Assembly (NCBI GenBank): GCA_003990765.1
Contig: RBNJ01000268.1
Span: 1 to 34,768 of the forward strand
Length of the DNA stretch: 34,768 nt
Source: Jimgerdemannia flammicorona
Lineage: Eukaryota
Reading direction: 5' to 3'
In this document: in pieces, positions 22,601-34,175 of the stretch
Position numbering within the stretch: the stretch's first letter is position 1
Layout: every line of letters starts with the position of its first letter
The notes under the pieces: generated by a model
The model's input: only the letters and a program-made list of their open reading frames with translations
Database searches by the model: none
What the model was told of the DNA's origin: nothing
Translations under genes and position numbers: made by a program

Positions 22601-24925
22601 TTGATAGATAGCTGTTTGTTGCTGTGTAGGTGTATTCTGTCCTGATGGATGTGTGTCTCCTTTGGTGGTGTATCCGGAATCGAATTCAGTGAGATACTCC
22701 TCCTCTTCTTTGGTTTGGTCCCCATGTAATTGGGTTTGCTCGGCGTCAAAGTAGACAGAATCAGTTGTATATCTGATTTCAGATGGACTTAATTCAAAGT
22801 TGAGTTCAGGTTTGGTATTGGTTTCAGATTCAGGTAGGGTTGTAGTAGGGCCTGCTTCAGGTTTAGGATCAGGTAGTTGATGAAGGGTTTCTCTTGCTTC
22901 TTCCTTAAGAATATAGCAGGCCTTGCTGTTCTGGAATCAGTAGTATAAGGCGGTCTTGGTCCTGGTGCAGTGAAAGTCGGTAGAGTTGAGCCACTTGGCT
23001 ACAGAGGCTTGGGCTTTGTGAGGAACTAAGGCTAGAAAAACTGCTGCTGGTTGTCCTAGGTCACTCGGATTTGTGGAGCTGACAAAACTCTTATTGAGAA
23101 GAGTAAAGAAGGCTTCAATAAGACCTTCTTCGTCTTGACTTGCTGGGTGTAGTGCAAGGAGTTCGGTGAATAGGGTTTCACCTATTTGCTGGTTTAACTT
23201 GAGTACTTCTTTCTTTGAATGAAGTTTATCCCACTTGTTGCAGGTGTGGAGGTCAAATTGTCCTTGTACGTCAGGTTCAATTCTCTCCAGATTGTCAGAT
23301 TGTTCAGATAAATTCCAGTTCAGAGGTTGGGCTTTATACCAACTTGTAGGAATTCACAGAAGGGTTTGTAGCGGGGTGAGGAAGCGTCTTGAAGCGGAAT
23401 TGGATTGAAAACCACTGCTACCAAGTTGTAAGAGGGTTACTTTTTAGAGTAGCTGTTACGTAGTTCTAGAAGGTTTTCTGAAAGTTCTGAATATTCTGGA
23501 AGACCGTTTTCTTATGGTCAAGATCAATTTTGTATAGAGTACATCCTCTATGCTTATTGATTTCAAGATCGGGTTGATGTCTCAACCAAAGTCCTTTTCC
23601 GGACTAGTTCTGGATGTTCAGGATTTTCCGTATTTCAGGAAGTTTAAGAAACTAAGACCAGCTTAGTTGAATTGGCGTATCACTGCAGACAATACCCAAT
23701 TAGGAAATTTCGTGATGGGGTTAGGAGTAGGACCTAACAGGGAGCGGATTTACTTAAGAGTGGTTTGTGAGTTATGGAATAGGTTTATTTGCTATTCATG
23801 ATATTGCTATACTAGGAGTACTTGTGTAAAGGGGTATTGTGGGGAAGTGCTCAGGAGTTGTGTTCGGATTGTTCAAGTCTGTTTGAGTCTGAGATTCTGA
23901 GGTCTGGGGGAGGGGGTATTTATACTAGTGAGGGGCTATCTAGACTATGCTAGATATGGATGTAGCACTAAGTGCCTTGCTGAGTCGGAATGCAGTCATG
24001 TAGTACAAGTGTGATCTGACATGTCAAGAGATCATTTGACTGCTGAGTCAGTTCACAGTTACATCATACAAGGCTAATCTAACTATACTATAACTGCTAG
24101 ACTATTTATAGGTTTAGGTACTGTCTGGTTAGTCTTTGATGACATCACTATTGATGACATCATCACTGGCAAAGTCTGAGCAGTTTTCTGACTTCTGACA
24201 TCATCAGTTTTCAAGATATCGTCACTTCTATCTCTTGTAAGATTAAGACTGTCCTTGGTGGCGGTGGTTGTACAAGGATAACAGGTCTTGGTTCTCTTTT
24301 TTTTTGGTCTGCTGGCACATTTGCGAGGACTGGCCATTCTCGTCTAGGGCGAGGGCTCCCAATATCACGGCTGGGGGTTCGAACCTCTCGGAAATGATAT
24401 TTTCTGTAATCCGAGGCAATTTCTAGTAGTAATATCTGTCACATGGATGGCTTGAGATTGGTTTCGATGTTGTCGGCTTTCTTGAGTTCAGATGAAGTGT
24501 CTGTCACTCTCCAACGGAGGTGATACAGATAAAGCGAACAGAGTTGTTCAAATGCGTTTTGCTTCTACTAAGTAATGAGGTCTTGTATAGTCATGGTATA
24601 TCTTGGTCTTGAGTTGATAAGTACAGTTCGTGACCTTTTGATGGGTGAGATAGGGTTCTTCTTGTCTTGATTTGAGTTTGGTACTTTTGGCTTCTTTGTA
24701 ATAGTACAGTACACCAAACTAGCTATAGCGGTTCAGAGTCAGTCTTATGGTTGTAGTACTTCTTCTAGTATTCTTGTATCTTGGCGGTGGGTTCTCGTGC
24801 TTGCTGGCATATTTGTGTAACCAGATGATCTCTTCGGTAACTTGTTTTATAGTCTCGCATGTGGTTTCCAAATTAGTTCTGAGGATACCATGCGATTTTA
24901 GTGGCTTGGAGGTTGTGCGCTTACA
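19634..24925 (-). mobile_element. Young non-autonomous family B copy: 5' LTR 23427-24925, PBS, Gag-dUTPase-PR, PPT, truncated 3' LTR 19634-20034
   Basis: The LTRs differ at only ~3 of ~400 shared bp. PBS at 23412-23423, PPT AAGAAGGGGAGAG at 20036-20048. RT, RNase H and integrase are deleted. Confidence 0.9.
20090..22465 (-). pseudogene. Gag-zinc knuckle-dUTPase-protease polyprotein fused to a chromodomain stub
   Basis: ORFs 21761..22465, 21137..21739 and 20300..20890 are in the same frame, separated by single TAG/TGA stops. Motifs: CFYCRKTGHMASVC; dUTPase AAGYDL, RSSL, IIDEDYTGEI, IAQI, (R)GSKGFGSS; protease IMIDSGASGNF. Confidence 0.9.
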
Positions 24926-25339
24926 CATTTGATCCTGATTAGTAAGATTCTGTTTGTGTATATCTTGTGTTCTGTGACTTTGTATTGACTCAGCTTTGTG
25001 TGCTGTAACTTCAGTTTGACTCAGCTTTGTGATCAAGCAGGTGATTTTCAGATTTGTTCAGAGGTCGTATGTGATTTCAGTGGCTTGTTCAGAGGGTGAT
25101 GTGTAATTTCGGTGGCTTGGAGGTTGTGTGCTTACAACTCTCCCCTTCTTAGCTTTCGACATCCTCGTTGGAGCTTTCTAATTTTATTCAGTAGTACAGG
25201 GAAAATAGGCTTGCTTTCAGTTTTGCTATTTTCCAGAGGGTCAGTATTCTTGTCTTGTTTTGCTGAGTTCTTGGTTTGGTTTGCAATAATTATAATGTCT
25301 GGAAGGATAATATATAGTATGTATGGATAGGTGTGGAGT

Positions 25340-28300
25340 ATTTGGTTCTAGTTGTTCAAGGAATCATATTCCTGAACTAGGTCGGTAGCATTCTGGAGAT
25401 TGGTCTTGGGTTCCCAGGTTGCATTGTGGATCAGGTAACCTTTCTATTTGACAAGGTACTCAGGGTGGCTCTTATTACTATATTTGTTGAGGATTTGTTC
25501 AACTTCATACTCTTCTTGATCATTAATAATGACAGGTGCAGGTGGTTTGGTGGTCCAGTTTGGAAATAGCTTGTCATCATTCTCATTATATCACTTGAGA
25601 CGTTGAACATTAAAGACTGGGTGAATCTTAATGGTGTCCAGTAGTACCAATTTGTAGAAGGTTGGAGAGACTTGTGCAATAACTTCAAATGGTCCAATAA
25701 ACTTACTGTTCAGCTTTGTAGATGGTCTGTGCTTGAGGTTGTCAACTCAGTATCCTCTGATGTCCAGTAGAACTTTTTCTCCAATATCAAAGGTTTCTTC
25801 TCAGTGGTATTGGTTAACATACTGTGATTGTTATTCTTGAGCTCATGATAAATTCTTGATTGCGATCTGGCTTAGATTGTGCATTCAAAGTAGGAATTCT
25901 TCAACAGCTTCGACTATAGAGAGTTCTTCAGTGGTTTGGATAAGTGTCAAAGGGGTGTTTGGGTTTTGTCCAGTGTTGGTGAAGAATAGGGTCATTCCAA
26001 GAGAGGCTTACTTACTATTGTTATAGGTAAACTCAACTGCAGTGAGGTGTTCATGCCAATCATCTTGTCTGTAGGAAACATAGTTCCTTAGCATTTATTC
26101 CAGAGTTCAGTTCATTCTTTCAGTTTGGCCATCAGTTTCTGGGTAAAAGGCTATAGATAGTACAAGTTTTGTTCCAAGGTGTATATGGAGGGCTTTCCAA
26201 AAATGGCTGGTAAATTTTGGGTCTCGGTCACTAACAATGATCTTGGGAAGACCATGATAGTAGAAGATGTTGTCAAACAAGAGTGTGGCTATGTCTGGTG
26301 CTATTGCAGTAGTGGTAGTAGGCACAAAGTGGGCTTGTTTGCTGAGATAGTCCACAAAGACAACAATTGCATCTTTCCCATTCTTAGTTCAGGGTAGTTG
26401 TACTATGAAGTCCATAGAGATTTGTTCCCAATTCACAGATAGTACTGGGATAGAGTGAAGTAAGCCAGGTTTTGCTAGTGTTGAGGACTTGTTTCATTGG
26501 CAGGCATCACAGGAAGTAATGTAGGTTTTGAGCTGATCTGCCATGCAGGGCCAATAGAAGTTTCGGGAGATAACTTCATAACATTTATCAAATCCTAAAT
26601 GTCCAGCTGTAGGGGCATCATGATATTCAAATAGGATAGTCCTTCAGAGGTCTCAGTTGTTTGGAACATACAGTCTGTCTTTATAGTAGATAGCATTGTC
26701 CTTCAGTTGGTATTGATGATACTGTGTATGCTTGTCAGTATCATCACTATTTAGGATTTCTCACAGTGTTTGAGCTTCCTTATCATTGGCATGTGCTGTG
26801 ATAATTTGTTCTATGATAGAGTTTATAACCAAGGTGAGAGTTTGGATAACCTCTTCGATTAGTGGTCTGGATATTGTATCAGCAACAATATTTTCCTTAC
26901 CAGAGTGGTACTAGATTTCATAGTCAAAGTTGGTGAGGACTTTCATCCATCTGGCTTGCTTTTGAGAAAGGGTAGTCTGTGTCTTGATATTGACTAATGA
27001 TTTGTGGTCAGTCAATATGGTGAAGTGTGCTCCTTCTAGGTAGGGTTGCCATTTGATCAGAGTATCTATGATGGCTAGCATTTCCTTCTTGTGGGTTACA
27101 TAGTTAATTTCAGCATCATTGAACTTGTGGGAGTGATAGGCCACAGGGTGTCCTTCTTGCATGGGTACTGCTCCAAGGGCTAGGTCAGAGGCATCAGTGG
27201 TAACTTCATATGACAGTGTAGGATTTGCCGCTTGAAGTACTGGAGTAGTTATCAGGGTATCCTTTAGTGCTTGAAAGGCGATATCTTGCTCAGGTCCCCA
27301 AGTTACAAGATTGTAGAAGTCTTTTTCTTGTTTTATGGTCCAGGGTTGTTCTTATTTCTTGCTATGCTTGGTCATTTAGATGAGGGTGGTAGCAATTTTA
27401 GTAAAGTTGGCAACAAATTACCTGTAATAGTTTGCTAATCCCAGGAATGACTAGAGGTATTTCAGTTTCTTGGGTCTGGGCCAATCCTTGATTGCAGAGA
27501 TTTTGCTAAGGTCCACTTTGATTCCATTTGGAGTGACAATGTGTCCAAGGAATTGAATTTCTTTTAGGAGAAATTCGCACTTGCTGAGTTTTGCAAAGAG
27601 TCAGTTTTCTCAGAGTTTCAGTAGTACTAGTTCAAGGTATTCAAGATGTTCCTCCAGGGTTTTGCTGAAGACTAGGATGTCATCAATGTAGACAACAACG
27701 AATTTGTCCAGATATGGATGCAGAATGGTATTCATCAGTATCTGGAAGGTTGCTGGAGCATTAGTTAAGCCAAAGGGCATAACCAGGAACTCGAAGTATC
27801 CATAGCGAGTTTGGAAAGCTGTCTTGTAGATGTCTTCTTCTTTCATAACAATTTGCCAATAGCCATTTCGCAGGTCAAAAGAGCTCATGAATTGTGGGTT
27901 GGTAAGTCTATCAAATATTTCATCGATCCTTAGTAGTAGACAATAGTTCTTGATGGTCTGTTCATTGAGATTGCAGTAGTTAATACATATTCGCAGGTCT
28001 CCTCCTTTTTTGACAACAAAGAGGACTGGTGCGCCATAGGGTGATACACTGGGTCTGATGAATTCTTGTTCTAGGAGTTTATCAATTTCTTTCTTGAGTA
28101 CATCAATTTCTCTCAGAGACATATGGTAGATTGACTTGAAGGCTGGTTTGGTATCTGGAATAGTCTTGATGGCATAGTCTACCACTCGTTTAGGAGGTAG
28201 GCCTTTTGGGAGTTTCTTTGGGAATATGTCTCGAAATTTCTGGAGTAGTGGTCTGATATGGCTGTCAACTTTGGAAAAATCTTCTTCAGAGTTCTCAGGT

Positions 28301-30484
28301 TCTCCTTTGGATGGGCAGATGGAGATGGTGAAGAGAGGACATTTCTTGGCCAATTTCTTAAGTTGTAGCTTATTGATGTAGGTGATCTTTGGTCCAGGGT
28401 CACCAGAATTAAGTGGGTCCTTTTCGTCTTGCAGTTTGAAGTTGTGGCATCCTTTCTTGATGGTCAGAGAATGGTTTATCCAATCGATCATAGGGTTCTC
28501 TTGTTTTAACCATAGAGTCCCAAGGATGATTTCATTGTCAGGAAGTGGTACAATTTGGAGGGTAATATGTACTCAGTAGTCACCAATTTGGAAGAGTAGA
28601 TTGTGGACTTCTTTGCTAATAACATGTGAGGTTCCATCAGCTATAGCAACTGCTTGAGTTTGCTATACTGGAGAGGTGAAGACCTTGAGTCTGTTGGCTG
28701 TCTCTTTATTGATGAAGTTGCCTGAGGCACCACTGTCTATCATAATCTTAACAGGTGCTCAGTTGACAAAAGCCTTAAGTGTGAGCAGTTTGTCTGATCC
28801 AATGGTAGTAATTTCAGTTGTAGGAGCTTTCCTTCTATTGGTTCTTCTTTGTGCTAGTTCATTGACACAAGAGAAGCAATCATCAATCATTTGGGAAGAG
28901 TACATTTCAATGTCATGAGAGCATTGGCCACTTGATACATATCCATCTTCAATCTTCTTATAGAATTGTTCTTCTTTGCTCATGGTAGGTTGGGCTGGGG
29001 CCTTGTTTGATGAGCCAAATTCTTTGGATCCTCAGATGGTGGGCAGTAGTTCAGGGACTTTCTTGACTGTCAGAGTTGACTCGATTTTTTCGAATAGGAT
29101 CTGGGTGATGCAGAAACCAATAGGGATCTTGAAGGGTATCTAACTATGGTTTTGGATAAGAACAATAATTTTGCCTGTGTAATCCTTGTCAATGACTCCT
29201 CCTTCTACTAAGAGTCCTTTCAATGCTAGGCTGCTGTGACAGTATATTCTTCCAACATATCCTTCAGGGATTTGGATGCTGATTCCTGTATAGACTTGTT
29301 TGACTTCTCGGTTGGAAACTGTAGCTTCTTCGGCTGCATACAAGTCATATCCAGCTGCTTTCTGACTTCCTTTGATTGGGGCCTTAGCAGTTTGTCTTAA
29401 CTTGACAAAGTCCAGTGTTCTGGTAGTCAGGTTGTTGAGGTGGTACAGAGTGGTAACAGTTGCTTGTGTTGCTGTTCGGGGTTTTTGGTTAGGGCAGGCA
29501 CTGGCCATGTGTCCTGTCTTTCAGCAATAGAAGTATGTTCTGCTTCTTTGAAGTTCATTCCTTTCACCTTCAGTAAGTTTCTTGAAGGTACTTGGCTGAG
29601 TAGGTTTATGATATCTAGGTGTCCAAGAGGTGGATGTGGAGGGAGCTCAGAATACTTCATGCTTAGGTTCTTCCTTCTTGGTCCAAGTCTTTTCCTTGTT
29701 GTTGAATTGTCTTCAGGGCAGAATTGGTCCAGCTATTAGGATTCGCTTGACCATAGTCTTGATTCTTACCAGGTATGTACCATTGTTGGTGATCACACCC
29801 AACTGGGCAGCCTTGTTCTCAGATTTTTCTAGTAAGCCATTCAGGCAGGGCATCAAATAAATGGTCTGCTCTTGTACCATTTCGTGCTTCATCATTGGCA
29901 ATATATCCTAGGCCAACAGTGTTCAAGAGTGACTCAAGTTTTGTACAGAAGGTTTCGAATTCTTCTTTGCCATATACATCAAATTTGAGGTTATGCAGTT
30001 TTACTCAGAATTTGGCAATCATGGTTTCACTGTGATATTGAGCAATCATGAGTTGTTTGAGTCCAGGGGCTGCAGGATGGGCTCCATATCCCAGGGCATT
30101 GTTTGCTATATTCTGGGCAACTACTGCAGGTTGGGTATCCCATGTGAGGAATTTTTCAGGAAGGGTTCACCACCATTCTTTGGCAGGTCCTCAGAAAAAT
30201 GTAACAACTTGGCAGACATAGGCTGTAGTAGTAGCAAAGAGTTGTTCCAGAGTGTGGTCTTGATTGTTTGTCAGAGTGTGGTCAGCAACTTGCTCATTGG
30301 TCCATTGATTGGCTTTGAAGTTGGTATCAACTATACTAATGAAGCTTTGGACTTCTTGTGCAGTACCATTGAAGGTAGGTAGGCTTAGATTTTTGGTAGG
30401 TCTGGTCTGTTCAGCTAAGGCAGTAATGGTTGCTGCTATTATGACTACCTGGGCTGTAAGGTCTAGAATCTGTTAGTTCACCAT
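25340..30484 (-). pseudogene. gag-dUTPase-PR-RT-RNase H-integrase-chromodomain polyprotein with many stops and frameshifts
   Basis: RT: KTAF...[23 protein letters not shown] (27610..28491). RNase H: TDASD...PVAYHS...EMLAI...ILTDHKSL. Integrase: IVSDRDPKFTS...YPETDGQTER. Chromodomain: EEYEVEQIL...YLVK.KGY...ATWEP (~25360-25520). dUTPase at ~29010-29415. Confidence 0.93.
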
Positions 30485-32133
30485 ATTGTTTACTGGAGGT
30501 GGTTGGACTGCTGGTAGTGGTGTTACTGGTACTACTTGAGGTACTGGTGCAGAGTGTGATGGAGTTCTTTGGGTCTGTGTAAGTTACTGGAGTAGTAGTT
30601 GTGGGTCTGGAGTAAGGGCTTGATAGATAACTGTTTGTTGCTGTGTAGGTATATTCTGTCCTGATGGAGGTACTTCTCCTTCGGTGATATATCTGGGATC
30701 GAATTTACTGAGATACTCCTCCTCTTCTTTGGTTTGGTCCCTATGTAATTGGGTTTGCTCAGTATCAAAGTTGATAGAATCAGTTGTATATCTAATTTCA
30801 GATGGACTTAATTCAAAGTTAAGTTCAGGTTCAGTATTGGTTTCAGATTCAGAGAGGGCTGTAGCAGGGCCTGCTTCAGGTTCAGGGTCAGGTAGTTGAT
30901 GAAGAGTTTCTCTTGCTTCTTCTTTAAGAATATGGTGGGTCTTGCTATTCTGGAATTAATAGTATAATGCGGTCTTGGTCCTGGTATGGTGAAAGTCGGT
31001 AGAGTTGAGCCACTTGGCTACAGAGGCTTGGGCTTTGTGAGAAACTAAGGCTAGAAAGACTGCTGCTGGTTATCCTAGGTTGCTTGGATTTGTGGAGCTG
31101 ACAAAACTCTTGTTGAGAAGAGTAAAGAAGGCTTCAATAAGACCTTCTTCATCTTAACTTGCTGGGTGTAGTGCAAGGAGTTCAGCAAATAGGGTTTCAC
31201 CTATTTGTTGGTTTAATTGGAGTACTTCTTTTTTTAAATGAAGTTTGTCCCACTTGTTGCAGGTGTGGAGGTCAAATTGTCCTTGTATGTCAGGTTCAAT
31301 TCTCTCTAGATTGTCAGATGGTTCAGGATAAATTCCAGTTCAGAGGTTGGGCTTTATACCAACTTGTAGGAATTCTCAGAAGGGTTTATAGTGGGGTGAG
31401 GAAGCATCTTGAAGTGGAATTGTATTGAAAACTGCTGCTACCAAGTTGTAAGAGAGTTGCTATTTAAGGTAACTGTTACATAGTTCTGAAAGAGTTTTCT
31501 GGAAGTTCTAGATGTTCTGGAAGACTGTTTTCTTATGGTCAAGATCAATTTCATATGGAGTACATCCTCTACACTTATTGATTTCAATATCGGGTTGACA
31601 TCTCAACCAAAGTCCTTTTCTCAGACTAGTTCTGGGTGTTCAGGATTTTTCATATTTCAGGAAGTTCAAGAAACTAAGACCAGCTTAGTTGAATTGGCAT
31701 ATCACTGCAGACAATACCCAAGTAGGAATTTTCATGATAGAGTTAGGAGTGGGACCTAACAGGGAGTAGATTTACTTAAGAGTGGTTTGTGGGTTATTAA
31801 ATAAGTTTATTCACTATTCATGATATTGCTATACTAGGAGTTGTTGTGTAAAGGGATATTGTGGAAAAGTGCTCAGGAGTTGTGTTCAGAATGTTCAAGT
31901 ATTCAAGTCTGAGATTCTGAGGTCTGGGGGAGGAGATATTTATACTAGTGAGAGGCTATCTGGACTATGCTTGATATGGATGTAGTACTAAGTACTTTGC
32001 TAAGTCAGAATGCAGTCATGTAGTACAAGTGTGATCTGATATATCAAGAGATCATCTGACTGCTGAGTCAGTTCACAGTTACATTGTATAAGGCTAATCT
32101 AACTATACTATGACTGCTTAGGCTATTTATGGT

Positions 32134-33380
32134 TTAGGTACTGTCTGGGTAGTTCTCGATGACATCACCATCGATTGCATCATCTCTGATGAAGTAGTCA
32201 TCTAGGAAGAGTGGTTCGTGGATTACTTCTCCTTGTTTGCTGAGGTAATAATATATTGGAACTTCATCTCCATTCTACAAGATGGCATCATCAGTCTCAT
32301 ATGCTAAATAAGGTATTGGTGGGCAAAGGAGGGGTACATTGTCTTCACTTTCATCAGATTCACTGTCTGCATACCTTCTGTAGGTTACAGCACTATAAGT
32401 CATGGGGTTATAGTAAGCAGGGGGCTGTGGTTCATGTCACTTATACTCAGGTGGTAGAGTGGTTGGTTCAATCTTGAGGGTTGTCTGGAGGTACAGGTTG
32501 TGTTCTCCAGTTTCTTCATTGTAGTTGAAGTAATTGAGAGTGAAAGCAGGTTGGTATTCATGCCAGTGGTCATTGTCCCAATAAGTCTTGTATGCTGTTA
32601 TGAATTGTTATAAGTTCATCAGCAAGATTGGCAGTGTGATCAGGGTTGGCAGAGATCCTTGGCTAGAGGTCATATCAGCATCAGAGGGATCATTGTCTTC
32701 TGCTTTGTCTTCATCGAAGTGGATTATATCATAGATGTCCTTCATGGTATATCCAACTTGGGGCATTTGCAGGATGTGATCATTGGGGTGTGGGAAGGTT
32801 CTGTCTGTGGTTTTGATGTACTCGAGGTACTTGTGGTTAAGTTCTTGTATCATGTCATCGATTTGGCCATAGGACAGAGTAGCAACCATTTTGGCTGTGG
32901 TAACTCGGAGACAGGGAATAATAATGCTATACTCATAGAAGAGTTCTCGATGTTTGCAGGCAATGAGCTTCTGGTGTTGAGACATCTGGGTTATATCTAT
33001 ATCATAGTGGTGTTCGATCATGTCTTCCAGGAGGTAGCCGATCTGGTAGTAACTTGAGATTTGTCCGATTCAGTGGGCCTCACTAAGCATGTTTAGAGCA
33101 TTCCATCAGGCTTCTACAAAGTAGAGGGGTGCTAGGCTATGGATATTCATGAGGGGCAAAGAGGGTGTGGCTCGGTTGACAATGGCATTTCAAATATCAG
33201 CGCAGATATGGGTATAGATCTCGGTGGTTATGTTTGTGTGTTTTGGAAGTTATAGTTGTTGTTTGTTTTTGGTTCTCTGATTTGATGCATCTCGGTACTC
33301 AGTATATATGTATTTGATCCTGATTGGTAAGATTCTGTTTGTGTAAATCTTGTGTTCTGTGACTTTGTATTGACTCAGCT
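32134..33380 (-). pseudogene. Decayed protein-coding cargo ORF inside U3 of the 2.1-kb LTR
   Basis: The 137-aa ORF 32608..33021 extends upstream in frame through three TGA (CGA-derived) stops and one TAA, and downstream with frameshifts to ...DDAIDGDVIENYPDST*. Confidence 0.6.
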
Positions 33381-34090
33381 TTGTGCACTGTGACTTTGGT
33401 TTGACTCAGCTTCATGATCAAGCAGGTGATTTCCAGATTTGTTCAGAGGTCGCATGTGATTTCAGTGGCTTGTTCAGAGGGTGATGTATAATTTCAGTGG
33501 CTTGGAGGTTGTGCACTTACAAGAGCTGTAGATCCTAAGAAGAGCACAAGATAAAACAGGTCGTGCTGGGGAAATTTAAATAAGTAAAAAGTAGTAGCAG
33601 AAAAAAGCAACCTATATCTACTACTGGCTGCTCCAAAAAGGCTACTATATACATAACTGTGAGGTCTGTGAATTCCAAGGTCTGAAGGGCTGCTGTGAGT
33701 TATTGTCAGAATTCACCCTCATCCCTGCCATTGCTGTCACCATTGCTATTGCCATTGCTATTGCCACTGCCATCACTCCTTTGGCTCTCAATGAGCAGCT
33801 TGTGTGCTGCCCATATAAGAAAGAATCTAACATTGTCAGCAGAGAGTGTATTTCCACCTTAAATACTCCCTCTTTTGATAATCATTACAGGGTGAAAATG
33901 AGTAAACTGGACCAACATATGAATTAAGGGCTGCTGTTTTGTTTGCTTGTGATGCGGCAGGAAAGAACAAAGAAAAAGAATAAAGAAAAGAGAGGGAACA
34001 AAAGAAAAGGGTGATGTCACCAAAGTGCAGCAGGAAAAAAAAAACAAGAGCAAAATAAACAAAAGAAAGAGTGATGTCACCAAAGATTTC

Positions 34091-34175
34091 AATCCAGATA
34101 GATCAATCCAGATAGATCAATCTGGATGGATCAATCTGGATGGATCAATCTGGATAGATCAATCTGGATCAGATC
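34091..34175. repeat. 14-bp tandem repeat AATC(CA/TG)GAT(A/G)GATC, ~6 copies
   Basis: Directly visible. It resembles the termini of the 13963-14467 foldback, and 34226-34246 matches that terminus. Confidence 0.75.

Larger units (their letters stand above)
24926..33521 (-). mobile_element. Full-structure family B Ty3/gypsy chromovirus (degenerate): 5' LTR 31447-33521, PBS 31432-31443, gag-pol, PPT 25138-25150, 3' LTR start 24926-25136
   Basis: TGTAAG/CTTACA termini and all pol domains present. The first ~210 bp of the 3' LTR match 33311-33521 (~16 differences, nearly all transitions) before the nested copy interrupts it. Confidence 0.93.

Noticed and set aside
24114..24895. A confidently assignable ORF in the short U3 variant
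   Set aside because: All three frames have C>T-revertible stops and the copies differ by indels, so no frame can be fixed by eye. It is kept only as part of the U3 finding.
24719..25036. 105-aa ORF as a real gene
   Set aside because: It is a chimeric read-through across the nested insertion junction at 24925/24926.
337..33057. Hydrophobic antisense ORFs over the retroelements (e.g. 1035..1514, 20010..20564, 21953..22363, 29993..30382, 32659..33057) as env-like genes
   Set aside because: They are shadows of the A/C-rich coding strand. The T/G-rich strand gives hydrophobic translations, and there are no recognisable motifs.
33522..34090. Short ORFs with AIA/MAI repeats
   Set aside because: This is CpG-depleted low-complexity sequence with 12-bp microrepeats and no motif or splice support.
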